From Minisyncoccota bacterium (lineage in GTDB: Bacteria > Patescibacteriota > Minisyncoccia > Phycocordibacterales > DATDSR01): 64,000 bases of DNA. The number at the start of each line of letters is the position of its first letter. The stretch's first letter is position 1. The stretch is taken from NCBI GenBank assembly GCA_036517655.1, contig DATDVE010000013.1:28364-92363 (forward strand). The letters are read 5' to 3'. Under the pieces are notes generated by a model. The model was not told the DNA's origin. It ran no database searches and saw only the letters and a list, made by a program, of their open reading frames with translations. Made by a program: the position numbers and the translations under genes. Below are positions 37,487 through 47,724 of the stretch, one piece after another.

Positions 37487-38532
37487 GCCGTAGTTAGTTT
37501 CTCTTTGATCTTTTTGATTAGCTCACTCTTCACTTTGGGATTTTCTATTAAGTACTGCCTTGCTGCGTCGTAACCTCGGCCCATTTTGTGCGCTTCGCCT
37601 GCTTTGCCATCCTTGCCTACCGGCTCATACTCGTATGAGCCGCCACTAGATTTACTGATTATCTTGTACTTCTCGCCCAAGGCTAGCACCTCGCCTTCTG
37701 GTGAGATCCCTTCGTTATAGAGAATATCAAATTCGGCTTGCTTGAATGGCGCAGCTACTTTGTTCTTCACAACTTTCACTCTATGTCTGCCGCCAACAGT
37801 TTCTTCGCCTTTCTTGATCTGCGCAATACGTCTGATATCGAGGCGCACACTTGCATAAAACTTGAGCGCTTTGCCGCCCGGAGTTGTCTCGGGGTTACCG
37901 AACATTACCCCAATCTGCATCCTAATTTGGTTGATGAAAATTACTACGCACTTACTTTTAGCAACTATGGGCGTGAGCTTGCGCAGGGCTTGGCTCATGA
38001 GCCTGGCCTGCTTGCCAACGTGCATCGCTCCCATGTCGCCCTCTATTTCGTCTTTAGGCGTGAGAGCTGCCACAGAGTCGATCACTATTACATCAATCTT
38101 GCCAGATCGCACCAAACTTTCAGCGATGTCTAGCGCCTGCTCGCCATAATCTGGTTGGGATATGAGCAGTTGATCGATGTTTACTCCCAGCTTGCGGGTG
38201 TATTCCGGATCCATAGCATGTTCAGAATCTATATACGCGCACACGCCGCCCTTCTTCTGTGCTTGTGCAACTATATGTAAACTCAAGGTTGTCTTACCAC
38301 TGGACTCGGGTCCAAATATTTCGATAATCCTGCCCCGCGGTACGCCGCCAACACCGAGCGCAATATCAAGTCCCAATGAGCCTGTAGGGATAGCATCAAC
38401 GCCGACTTTGGGTCGCTCGCCGAGCATAAGTATCGAGCCTTCGCCGAATTTGGTTTGGATGGCGCGCAATGTGTCGTCGATGCTTGCGCCTGATGTTTTC
38501 TCTGCCTTCTCTGCTTTTCCTTTTCTGACCAT
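37483..38532 (-). CDS. recA: Recombinase RecA
   Basis: [16 protein letters not shown] and [10 protein letters not shown] motifs. Confidence 0.99.
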   Translation of the reverse strand: MVRKGKAEKAEKTSGASIDDTLRAIQTKFGEGSILMLGERPKVGVDAIPTGSLGLDIALGVGGVPRGRIIEIFGPESSGKTTLSLHIVAQAQKKGGVCAYIDSEHAMDPEYTRKLGVNIDQLLISQPDYGEQALDIAESLVRSGKIDVIVIDSVAALTPKDEIEGDMGAMHVGKQARLMSQALRKLTPIVAKSKCVVIFINQIRMQIGVMFGNPETTPGGKALKFYASVRLDIRRIAQIKKGEETVGGRHRVKVVKNKVAAPFKQAEFDILYNEGISPEGEVLALGEKYKIISKSSGGSYEYEPVGKDGKAGEAHKMGRGYDAARQYLIENPKVKSELIKKIKEKLTTA

Positions 38533-38540
38533 GATGATTT

Positions 38541-38924
38541 TTAGTTTCCTAATAGGGCGACTTCTTCGATATTGTTCTCACGCGGCTTGTACACCAGCTC
38601 AAGAGTTTTCGATTCCGCACGATTGAAGCGATCAAGCACTTTAATCTCTATGACATTATACCCCAATCCGAGCAGCAGTTCTTTCTCAAAGCGGCCCGCC
38701 GCATCAGTCAGGACCTTAGCCCCGTTTAGGGTGACCATAGTGTTGCCGGGAGCCGTGCCTATGATAGTGACAAAGGCGCTCGAGAGTGTCTCGCCATTCT
38801 TCGGAGATTCTATGGCGATAGAGACGCCAAATAACAGATCGTGAGCCTTAAAGTAGGCGAAGACCAGCGTTACCAATACAAGGCCGCCCACTAATCCTAT
38901 TTTTAAAATGTTCCCGGGTCTCAT
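38541..38924 (-). CDS. Membrane-anchored Ig-like (Glucodextran_B-type) protein
   Basis: TM segment, then SP.NG, G.F...L.L..GYN.I.I...D. Confidence 0.7.
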   Translation of the reverse strand: MRPGNILKIGLVGGLVLVTLVFAYFKAHDLLFGVSIAIESPKNGETLSSAFVTIIGTAPGNTMVTLNGAKVLTDAAGRFEKELLLGLGYNVIEIKVLDRFNRAESKTLELVYKPRENNIEEVALLGN

Positions 38925-39002
38925 CCCGTTAGAAGTTACTTCGTTTAATATTGCAAGTCATAATAATTTGTGTGACATTATTTTGTTAAACTTCTAATGG
39001 GA
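38924..39002 (-). mobile_element. Second ~80-bp start-codon element, between ftsK and the next gene
   Basis: Same TIRs and internal AAATAATGTCAC as 33984-34063; ATGAG duplicated (CTCAT at 38920-38924 and 39003-39007). Confidence 0.85.
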
Positions 39003-39003
39003 C

Positions 39004-41265
39004 TCATAATTGTGTGTCTGACTGCTTATCGAACTCTTCAGCGTATTCATCAGTTGCCGTGGTGCTTGATCCGAACACTTCACGAGGCTTAGCCCCCGAT
39101 CCCGGACCAACTACGCCTCGTTCTTCGAGCATATCCAGCAGTCTTGCCCCGCGAGCATAGCCAACTTTGAGCTTGCGCTGGAGAAGAGAAGAGGAAGCCC
39201 TACCGGATTTCTGCACAGTTTCCCTTGCCTGTTCGTATAAGTCATCGTCATCTCCAGAGGCTTCGTCAGAAAAGTTGCCATCACTTGCCCCTTCTCCCTG
39301 GTTTGGTCCGGTGATCTCCACAATCGGAGCCTCCACTTCGTTGTTGCCATTGATGAAGCTCACCACTTTCTTCACCTCAGTTTCAGAAACGTAAGCTGAC
39401 TGGAGACGTGTAGGTTTAGAAGTTTCGCCAGACAGATACAACATGTCGCCGGCACCCAAGAGTTTCTCTGCGCCGGGCATATCGATGATTGTACGCGAAT
39501 CAATCTGGGAGGGTACCTGGAGAGCGACACGCGAAGGCACGTTTGCTTTGATCAATCCCGTAATCACTTCCGTAGATGGCCTCTGCGTTGAGAGCACTAA
39601 GTGGATGCCAACGGCCCGTGACATTTGGGCCAGACGCACTATTGCCGCCTCGAGTTCTCTGGGGTAGCTCGACATAATGTCGGCCAGTTCATCAATGACT
39701 ATTAATATGTACGGCATTGGTTCAGGCAGTTCGGCCTGCAGCCTGGCCTTCTCCTCCTCATCAATTCCGTCACCCAATTTCTTGTTGTAGACTTCAAGTG
39801 CCGGTCGGTAGACGTTGTCGTGGTAACTCTTGATGTCCCGGGCCTGCTCGGCTTCGAGAATATCGTAGCGCCTGTCCATCTCTTTGGCTGCCCACTTAAG
39901 TGCCAGGATTGCCTTCTTGGGATTGGTTATAACCGGCGTGAGCAGATGTGGGATATTGTTGTATAGCGTGAGTTCTACTCGCTTGGGGTCAATCATGATG
40001 AAGCGCATGCTCTCTGGGCCGTTCCTGTACAGGAGTGCCAGGATGAGGGCGTGAATGGTGACAGATTTGCCCGAACCGGTCGTACCAGCTATGAGCAGGT
40101 GGGGCATCTTGGCAAGGTCAGCAAATTGCACAGTTCCGGCGATATTCTTGCCGAGGGCAACGAGCAGTGACTTATCAGAAGTTTTGAAATCGTCTTCAGC
40201 CAAAATAGTTCCCAATCTAACCGTTGTCTTCACGCTGTTGGGCACCTCGATCCCTACGAGTGATTTACCCGGGATGGGCGCTTCTACGCGCAGAGGGTGT
40301 GCGGCCAGGGCAAGAGAAAGATCATTTTGCAGTGCTACTATCTTCGATAGCTTGACTCCCTCTGCGGGCTTGAGTGCGTAACGGGTTATGGACGGACCGA
40401 TAGATATTTCGTCCATCTCTACTTCTATACCGAAGTTTGCAAGTGTACGTTTAATAATGTTTGAGTTCGCCTTGATGTCGCCAGCAGCTGGTTTGCCGCT
40501 ATCTTTGCCGAGTAGTTCTAGTGGCGGAGGGACATAGGGCGCCGCGTCGGCTCTCGATGAGGGTGTGAATTCTTCGGCAATCTGACTACTTGCCCCAGAG
40601 TTTCTGGCAAAAATTTTCTCTACTATATTTTGCTTGCGCGGTTCATTCTGATTGGCGCCTGCCTCTGCCTCTTCCTGCTCTTCAGTTCCTTGGTCGTCCA
40701 GAAGTCCCTGTGTTTGCTCCAGATCTTCTTCGTCTGTTGTCTGCTCACGTTTCCTCCGAATGCGTGCCCAGAGATTTGGCAAAGAGAATGAAGTCTCGAA
40801 GAACAGCACAAGAGAAATGATCAACATAACGACAAAGATAAGCCAGCTTGCCACGCCGAAGAGGCGAGTAGCTGTGCCTGACACAGCCCACCCGATAATT
40901 CCTGCTGTCTTGTCGTGGAAACCAAGCTCAATGAGCCCCAGTCCAGATACTACAAAGAGCAAAACTCCCAGAAGTCGAGTACTAACTATGCGTGGTCGCG
41001 AGAATTTGAAAAATGATATAGACAGAAGTAGTGATACGAGGGGCACAAGATAATAGCCTGACCCCAAGAGATAGTGGAGTGACCTATAGATGTAATCTCC
41101 CACTGGACCGGCGTACTTAAGGCCGGCAAGACAGAGGAATACTGCAAGGGCCAGGAGGATGATCCCTATGATAGTGTGCTTGGCCTCGTCCTTTAAACCC
41201 CTCCTCTCTGACAGCGAAGATTCTTCAAGGGCTCCCTTTTTGTCCTTAGACTTATTTCGTCCCAT
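39004..41265 (-). CDS. ftsK: DNA translocase FtsK
   Basis: 4TM N-terminus, HLLIAGTTGSGKS, IDELAD, TQRPS and gamma domain; ATG 41265. Confidence 0.97.
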   Translation of the reverse strand: MGRNKSKDKKGALEESSLSERRGLKDEAKHTIIGIILLALAVFLCLAGLKYAGPVGDYIYRSLHYLLGSGYYLVPLVSLLLSISFFKFSRPRIVSTRLLGVLLFVVSGLGLIELGFHDKTAGIIGWAVSGTATRLFGVASWLIFVVMLIISLVLFFETSFSLPNLWARIRRKREQTTDEEDLEQTQGLLDDQGTEEQEEAEAGANQNEPRKQNIVEKIFARNSGASSQIAEEFTPSSRADAAPYVPPPLELLGKDSGKPAAGDIKANSNIIKRTLANFGIEVEMDEISIGPSITRYALKPAEGVKLSKIVALQNDLSLALAAHPLRVEAPIPGKSLVGIEVPNSVKTTVRLGTILAEDDFKTSDKSLLVALGKNIAGTVQFADLAKMPHLLIAGTTGSGKSVTIHALILALLYRNGPESMRFIMIDPKRVELTLYNNIPHLLTPVITNPKKAILALKWAAKEMDRRYDILEAEQARDIKSYHDNVYRPALEVYNKKLGDGIDEEEKARLQAELPEPMPYILIVIDELADIMSSYPRELEAAIVRLAQMSRAVGIHLVLSTQRPSTEVITGLIKANVPSRVALQVPSQIDSRTIIDMPGAEKLLGAGDMLYLSGETSKPTRLQSAYVSETEVKKVVSFINGNNEVEAPIVEITGPNQGEGASDGNFSDEASGDDDDLYEQARETVQKSGRASSSLLQRKLKVGYARGARLLDMLEERGVVGPGSGAKPREVFGSSTTATDEYAEEFDKQSDTQL

Positions 41266-41358
41266 ATACAGTCTTATTGTAGCAGAGAAAGCAAGCATTC
41301 TGGGGCTATTTATCTACACATTTACAATTAGTCCCTAAGGGGTATAGAATTGACCTTA

Positions 41359-42021
41359 ATGGCAGGTGAAAGAGACACGGCAAAAGATTCTTTAGGACCT
41401 CTCCTTTACAAGAGGACCTCAAGGCTGTGCATTGCTGTGTACAGGCTTAGTGACTTCTTCGAAACCGAGGAACCGCTACGGCAAGCCTTACGAGAGTCGG
41501 CTGTTGCCATCTTGCGTAGCGTTATGTCCTTTACATCTCAAAATCCGGAAAGACCGGGTGAATTGTTAAAGGACATAACGGACAAGCTAAATCTCTTATC
41601 CTCGTATTTTGATGTCCTTTTGGCCGCTGGTTATGTCTCTTTAGAAAACTCGCAGATTGTAAAGGACGAATTATTGTCCCTTATGGATATGACTGAGAAA
41701 TATTTCCACTCCCATTTCGGCTATGTGGCTGCACTGCGTGAGTTTCTTGGAACTGTCGAGGAATCCCTGCCATTGCCAAGGGCATCTAATCCTATTCCTG
41801 AACCTGGGGGATCTAGAAACATTGCCCCTGTCCAGAATGATAGGAGGGCCAAGATTATTGAGTATATTAAGAAGCATGGCCCTTCGACTATCAAGGATAT
41901 AGGGTCCGTAATTCGGGGCTGTAGCGAGAAAACTATCCAAAGGGAGCTCTCCACCCTCGTTCTTGCCAATATTGTGCGACGGGAGGGGGAGAGGCGCTGG
42001 AGCAAGTACATGGTAACTTAG
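41359..42021 (+). CDS. Four-helix-bundle-like domain plus C-terminal DeoR-type HTH protein
   Basis: RRAKIIEYI...IKDI......SEKTIQREL..L...GERRW. Confidence 0.7.
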   Translation: MAGERDTAKDSLGPLLYKRTSRLCIAVYRLSDFFETEEPLRQALRESAVAILRSVMSFTSQNPERPGELLKDITDKLNLLSSYFDVLLAAGYVSLENSQIVKDELLSLMDMTEKYFHSHFGYVAALREFLGTVEESLPLPRASNPIPEPGGSRNIAPVQNDRRAKIIEYIKKHGPSTIKDIGSVIRGCSEKTIQRELSTLVLANIVRREGERRWSKYMVT

Positions 42022-42324
42022 TCAATTGACTGGCGTCTTCTACTATGTTAGCCTTAGTTCCGGGGCTTATCCACATGCCTAATTTTGTGGAGAGCCTAAA
42101 GGGCTATATAATCAGTCACAGGATTTCCCAAATGCCGTTTTCCTCTGTGAACTCGCTCTTTGACAACTAAATATAACTAGACAGACGCACAGTAAGTTTT
42201 GCAGAAAGTTCTTACTGTTTTATTCTCGTATCTCCAAATTAGTTAACAACCGCCTACCCGTTTGTATGAGTAGGTGAATTGTGATGAAAGTAGTTAATAG
42301 AGAATTATTATTAAACGCGAAATT

Positions 42325-45300
42325 ATGAAATCATACCTCCAAAGTGGAGTTGTAAGATTCGCAAGTGTTGCGGTAGGCGTAGCTATGCTTCTTAGCGTGG
42401 CGACACCAGTTGCAGCCCAGACGCAGTCACAGATTGATGCGCTCTTGGCTCAGATCGCTGCACTTCAGGCTCAACTTCTAGCCTTGCAGGCTGGTAGCTC
42501 GACCTCGATGTCTTGCAACTTCACAGTTAACCTTAAGTTGGGCATGTCCCATGCTGAGGTTAGAACACTTCAACAGTTCTTGAACACGCATGGTGCTCAA
42601 GTCGCTGCTTCGGGCGCAGGATCGCCTGGTAACGAGACTATGTACTTCGGTGCGCTTACACGCGCTGCAGTCATCAACTGGCAGAATGCAAATGCCGCTT
42701 CAGTCTTGACTCCAGCTGGTCTTACCGCCGGAACAGGATTCTGGGGGGCCTTCTCCAGAGCACATGCCAACAGCCAGTGCACAGTAGCTGGTCCTGGCCC
42801 GGTCACACCTCCTACAACAGGTGGTATGGCAACGGTCACCGCCGCCGCTCAACCAGCTAACGGGCTCGCTGTACAAGGCGCGGCTCGTATCCCATTCACC
42901 AAGTTCACAGTTACAGCAGGAGCTTCTGCGGTCACCATCAACTCGGTTGAAGTGGAGCGCACCGGCCTTGCTGATGACGATGCTTTCTCCGACGTTGTTC
43001 TACTTGACAGTAATGGCATGCAGATTGGCATCGGCAGGACGCTCAACAGTAATCACCGCGCAACTATCGGTGAAGCCGTGACAGTACCTGCTGGTACTTC
43101 CATGACCTTCACTGTGGCTGCCAACACGGCTGCTGACAACGGTACCAACGCGGGTCAGGTGGCCTCGTTCTCTGTGGTTGGTCTTAACACCAACGGTACA
43201 GTGGCAGGTTCCTTCCCGATCACTGGCGCTTCTCACACCATCAACGCCTCACTTGTGATTGGCAGTGTAACAATCAACACGAGTGGCTTGGTCAACACGG
43301 CCGCCACGATTGATATTGGCGAAGCTGATATCATTCACTCCGGTGTTCGCCTTACGGCGGGTTCGTCTGAGAACCTTCGCCTCTGGTCAATTCGTTGGAA
43401 CAACGCCGGTTCTGCTGCACCTTCGGATCTTGGCAATGTAGTTGTCAAGGTTGACGGCACAAGCTACCCGACGACTGTTTCTTCGGATGGTAAGTACTAC
43501 ACAGCAACCTTCGGTAACGGTATCGTAGTCGCCAAGGGTAACACCGTGGAGATTACGATTAGCGCTGTAGCCCTCGGTGGTCCTAATCGCACCATCAAGT
43601 TCGACCTTTATCGTCGTACTGATGTGGCCTTCACGGGCGAGCTCTTCGGTTACGGCATCACGCCTCCAGCCGGTTCCGGCACGGCGGCTGCTACGACCCA
43701 GGAATTCACTTCCGGTACGCCTTGGTACGACGGTATAACTAAGACCATCAACGCCGGTACCATCACGACTGTTTCGAAGTCCAACTCCGTTCCTGCCCAG
43801 AACATTGCCGAGAACCTCTCGGATCAACCCTTGGGCGGCTTCGAGATTGACGTAAAGGGTGAGGCAATCACTGTTCAGTCGTCCATCTTCCACTTCGCAA
43901 TCAGCGGATCTGGAGGTGACGTGGCTGACATTGACAACATCACTCTTACCAACCTCACCACTGGTCTCATTGTGGCCGGTCCCAAGGATGCCACGGCTGG
44001 GGCAACCAACGCGGTGACCTTCACGGACTCGATCACTTACCCGACAGGCAAGAGCACTTACGTGCTTAAGGGCAAGCTCGGGACTGATTTCACCTCTGAT
44101 CAGACGGTCATTGCTTCCACCACCCCAGACACTGACAACGACTGGACAACCGTCACGGGTCAGATCACTGGCAACTCTATTACCCTGTCGAACACTATCG
44201 TGACCATGAACACCATGACGGTGAAGGTCGCGACTGCTACGATCAGCGTGAATAGCTTGCCTGCAGCCCAGAACGTTGTAGTTGGTACAACTGGCTTCAC
44301 ATTCGCCAAGTTCAACGTAGACGCTACAGCTTCTGGTGAGGATATCCGCCTCAACAGCTTCGAGATCACGGCTGACACACCAACGGAAGTTACTGCCGAC
44401 AGCCTTCCAGTGAACTGCTTCGCTTATAGTTCAGCCGGTACACGCCTGAATTCAAGCGCGGTCAATCCTACGGAGGCCGAACAGAGCTTCACTCTGGCCA
44501 CAGCCCTCGTTGTTAAGAAGGGGACAATTGAGGCCATCGAGATCAAATGCGATGTGCCTTCTAACCTGACCTCTGACAACTCGTTCCGCTGGACACTCAC
44601 AGCAGGTACTAATGCTTGGAGTGGTACTGGCGCAACCTCGGGTCAGACTGTAACCTTCGGCTTCAATACAGCCAACGGCAACACCATGACCTTCAAGGGT
44701 GCTGGTACGTTCACAGTCATCAAGGATTCTTCGAGCCCGTCGTACATCATTATGGCGGCTAATCAGAGCAACGCGATCAACGGTGTTCTTCGCTTCTCTG
44801 GTTCAAACGAGGAGGTCACACTCAAGAAAGTAGCCTTGCAACTTACCAACACGGCTTCGTCCACGAACGCCACCGTCACTGGTGTCTCGCTCTGGGATGG
44901 TGCAACTAAGGTAGGTTCGGGTCTCTTCACTGGTTCCGCTACCACAACCCAAATCACACTTGACCAGACTGTCACTATTCCTAAGGATGGCGACAAGAAG
45001 TTAACCGTCAAGTTCGATATTGCGGCCATTGGTACTGGTCAATCCGGTGTCCAGGGCGCCTTGGTCGCTGTTGACTACGATGCCAACGGTCAAGCTGGGA
45101 CCACGGAGGGCACTGGCGCTCAATCGGGCACCACAGTCCTCTCAAGCAGCACAAGCACCTCGGCTGATACAGCCTTCGACGGTGTACGTGTCTTCAAGGG
45201 TTATCCAACCTTCGCCAAGGTGTCGATGTCGCCTATCTTGAGCAACGGTTCTGACAAACCACTGATGCGCTACTCGATTACCGCCAACGGCAACGATGTC

Positions 45301-45807
45301 GGTATCGCCAAGTTCACAGTGCGCTTTGCCACTACTACCGCTACAGTTTCGGCCTCAAGCGTTAACATTCACTGCTTCACCAACTCGTCATTCACCTCTG
45401 CTTGCAGCGGTCTCTCCGCTGACGGCCAGGTGGATGATACAGACAAGACGTCGCAGGGTGTTAACCTCGCCGAGATCTACGCGGAGAATAGTGCTGGCAC
45501 TGCTTCGGCTTTGCAGATCCCAGTCGGTCAGACCTACTACTTCGAAGTTCGCGGTACTGTGTCCGGCGCAGCTGCTGGTACATCTATAGCGACCTACGTA
45601 GAGGGTGATGCCGCCTATCCGCTCTTCACCACCGATATTCTGATGGCTTCGTCCACAGGTATCGACAACGATCAGGGTGGTAACGACGACTTCATCTGGT
45701 CACCAAACGCGGCTACTACTTCGGCTCTGTACGCCGAAGACTGGACGAACGGTTACCAGGTGGTCGGCCTGCCTTCTGGTGGTATCTCTGACTCTCTCTC
45801 ACTCTAA
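42325..45807 (+). CDS. Large S-layer-like surface protein with an N-terminal peptidoglycan-binding-like domain
   Basis: Signal peptide, LLAQIAALQAQL coil, YFGALTRAAV..WQ, Thr/Gly/Ser-rich beta repeats, strongly biased codon usage. Confidence 0.8.
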   Translation: MKSYLQSGVVRFASVAVGVAMLLSVATPVAAQTQSQIDALLAQIAALQAQLLALQAGSSTSMSCNFTVNLKLGMSHAEVRTLQQFLNTHGAQVAASGAGSPGNETMYFGALTRAAVINWQNANAASVLTPAGLTAGTGFWGAFSRAHANSQCTVAGPGPVTPPTTGGMATVTAAAQPANGLAVQGAARIPFTKFTVTAGASAVTINSVEVERTGLADDDAFSDVVLLDSNGMQIGIGRTLNSNHRATIGEAVTVPAGTSMTFTVAANTAADNGTNAGQVASFSVVGLNTNGTVAGSFPITGASHTINASLVIGSVTINTSGLVNTAATIDIGEADIIHSGVRLTAGSSENLRLWSIRWNNAGSAAPSDLGNVVVKVDGTSYPTTVSSDGKYYTATFGNGIVVAKGNTVEITISAVALGGPNRTIKFDLYRRTDVAFTGELFGYGITPPAGSGTAAATTQEFTSGTPWYDGITKTINAGTITTVSKSNSVPAQNIAENLSDQPLGGFEIDVKGEAITVQSSIFHFAISGSGGDVADIDNITLTNLTTGLIVAGPKDATAGATNAVTFTDSITYPTGKSTYVLKGKLGTDFTSDQTVIASTTPDTDNDWTTVTGQITGNSITLSNTIVTMNTMTVKVATATISVNSLPAAQNVVVGTTGFTFAKFNVDATASGEDIRLNSFEITADTPTEVTADSLPVNCFAYSSAGTRLNSSAVNPTEAEQSFTLATALVVKKGTIEAIEIKCDVPSNLTSDNSFRWTLTAGTNAWSGTGATSGQTVTFGFNTANGNTMTFKGAGTFTVIKDSSSPSYIIMAANQSNAINGVLRFSGSNEEVTLKKVALQLTNTASSTNATVTGVSLWDGATKVGSGLFTGSATTTQITLDQTVTIPKDGDKKLTVKFDIAAIGTGQSGVQGALVAVDYDANGQAGTTEGTGAQSGTTVLSSSTSTSADTAFDGVRVFKGYPTFAKVSMSPILSNGSDKPLMRYSITANGNDVGIAKFTVRFATTTATVSASSVNIHCFTNSSFTSACSGLSADGQVDDTDKTSQGVNLAEIYAENSAGTASALQIPVGQTYYFEVRGTVSGAAAGTSIATYVEGDAAYPLFTTDILMASSTGIDNDQGGNDDFIWSPNAATTSALYAEDWTNGYQVVGLPSGGISDSLSL

Positions 45808-45822
45808 GCAAATTAAAAGTCG

Positions 45823-45857
45823 AACAAATCGGCCCCCTCACGGGGGCCTTTTTGTTT
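45823..45857 (+). terminator. Rho-independent terminator
   Basis: GGCCCCC-TCAC-GGGGGCC followed by TTTTTGTTT. Confidence 0.85.
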
Positions 45858-45873
45858 GTGCTATAATATTTAT

Positions 45874-46437
45874 ATGTCCAAGAGAGTCATTCTGCCCATA
45901 CTTGTCTTGGTGGCGATTTTCGGCGGTCTTTATGTCTACGAACAATATTTGAAATTTCCTCCACCGCCGGGGTATCATCGTGAGATTAGTTACCCTGATA
46001 AGATAAAGGAGGCAGACAGAGTCGCCCTGGGGGAAGCTTTTGGGAAGACTCTTGCTACTATCGACAAGGATAAGCACGACAAATCGGCTTGGATGGATCT
46101 GGGCGCTCTCTACAACATCATCGGGGACTACCAAGGGGCCCGGCTTTCGTGGGAGTATGCGGCAATTCTGGATCCAAATAGTTTCGTCCCACTATATAAT
46201 TTGGGCACTCTGTACTTGTCTGATCTGAAAGATTACGCTCTTTCCGAGAAATACTTCCGACAAGCGCTAGTTCTTGATCCAAGCCAGATCGGTGTTTATC
46301 AAAGTCTTTATGATCTGTATCGTTATGGGCTCTTGGATGATACTAGAGCCAAAGCGATTCTCGAGGAGGGTATCGAAGCTAACCCATTCGCCTCTCCGAA
46401 TCTAAAGTATCTCCTCGAGCATTACGATGAAGCTTAG
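45874..46437 (+). CDS. Membrane-anchored TPR protein
   Basis: AW..LG..Y...GDY..A and YNLG.LY..A..LDP repeats. Confidence 0.85.
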   Translation: MSKRVILPILVLVAIFGGLYVYEQYLKFPPPPGYHREISYPDKIKEADRVALGEAFGKTLATIDKDKHDKSAWMDLGALYNIIGDYQGARLSWEYAAILDPNSFVPLYNLGTLYLSDLKDYALSEKYFRQALVLDPSQIGVYQSLYDLYRYGLLDDTRAKAILEEGIEANPFASPNLKYLLEHYDEA

Positions 46438-46443
46438 TCCTTA

Positions 46444-47688
46444 ATGATTTACAAGAAACGCATTCTAGTACTCGGTGGCGGTTATGGCGGCACTTACACC
46501 TTCAAACATCTCCACAAAAGTTTTAAGAATAATTCAGGTGTTGAGCTACGTTTAATTAGCAAGACTAATTATTTTGTCTCCACGCCCTTCTTGCACGAAG
46601 TGGCCACGGGCAACATTGACCCCGAGCATGTGGCCGAACCTCTGCGCAAGATTTTCCCCGGACCGGAAGAATTCCAGCTTGCCGATGTTAAAGCTATTTC
46701 GTTAAAAGATAAAAAAGTAGAAACAAATGAAGGAGTAATAGCTTACGATTATCTTATTATGGCTTTGGGCGCTGAGACTAATTATAGGAACACGCCAGGT
46801 GCGCGCGAACACACGCTTGCCCTCAAAACACTCGAAGATGCTATCAAACTCAAGAACCATTTTATCTCAACGTTTGATCAAGCTGCTAATCTGCATAACG
46901 AGGAAGAAATAAGAAAGAAATTGCGTTTTGTAGTGATTGGGGGCGGGGCAACGGGAGTAGAACTTGTTTCCGAAATGTCTGATTTCCTATACTCTTCGCT
47001 GGGGACGTATTACACCAAAAATTTCATAGCACATATTTCTATTATTTTAGTGCATGCAGGGGACGACCTACTTCCCAACTTTAGCCACAATATCAGGCTT
47101 GCCAGCAAAAAAGTATTGCGCAAAAAGAAAATAGAAATCAAATTCGGTCTGCAAGTGATCGAAGTGCGCCCCGGAGCTTTGGTGTTAAATAACGGCGAAG
47201 TGATAGAATCAGACACAATTATTTGGGCCGCTGGCGTAAGTCCCTCCAGTGTGTCAGTTACCCCGAGCGTAGAAAGAGAGAGGGGCAGAATAATTGTGAA
47301 TCAATTTTTCCAGATCCCATCTTATCCAGAGGTGTTTGTGCTCGGCGACCAGGCGGCTTTTAGGAATGTTGGTGATAGCGCGGCTCTACCCATGCTCGCT
47401 CAAGTGGCACACAAACAAGCTGACGCAGTGGCTCGCAATGTAGCGAGAATAGTAGAAGGCAAATTACCCATGCCATATACCTACAAGCACTTGGGCGACT
47501 TAGTAAGCTTGGGTGAGTGGGTGGCGGCGGGCGAACTATTTGGCATCAAGATATTTGGCCACGTGGCTTGGTTCTTCTGGCGCGGAGTCTACCTCTCTAA
47601 ACTCCTGTCTCCCACAAAAAAAGTGAAGGTTCTCCTAGATTGGCTCCTAAATCTTTTCGCCCCTCGCGACATCTCCGCCATCAACTAA
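46444..47688 (+). CDS. Type II NADH dehydrogenase family FAD oxidoreductase
   Basis: GGGYGG, YDYL..ALGA, GGGATGVE, WAAG, GD and AQVA..Q motifs. Confidence 0.9.
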   Translation: MIYKKRILVLGGGYGGTYTFKHLHKSFKNNSGVELRLISKTNYFVSTPFLHEVATGNIDPEHVAEPLRKIFPGPEEFQLADVKAISLKDKKVETNEGVIAYDYLIMALGAETNYRNTPGAREHTLALKTLEDAIKLKNHFISTFDQAANLHNEEEIRKKLRFVVIGGGATGVELVSEMSDFLYSSLGTYYTKNFIAHISIILVHAGDDLLPNFSHNIRLASKKVLRKKKIEIKFGLQVIEVRPGALVLNNGEVIESDTIIWAAGVSPSSVSVTPSVERERGRIIVNQFFQIPSYPEVFVLGDQAAFRNVGDSAALPMLAQVAHKQADAVARNVARIVEGKLPMPYTYKHLGDLVSLGEWVAAGELFGIKIFGHVAWFFWRGVYLSKLLSPTKKVKVLLDWLLNLFAPRDISAIN

Positions 47689-47712
47689 CTTGGAGGCCTT
47701 GCCTCCAAGTTA
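47686..47712. repeat. REP-like palindrome downstream of the RAYT gene
   Basis: TAACTTGGAGGC-CTT-GCCTCCAAGTTA; supplies the oxidoreductase stop codon. Confidence 0.85.
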
Positions 47713-47724
47713 TAAGGGTGATGA

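Noticed and set aside
42067-42075. Replication origin from DnaA boxes
   Set aside because: One perfect box and scattered near-matches (5344, 41309, 48433, 63770); no cluster and no dnaA or dnaN.
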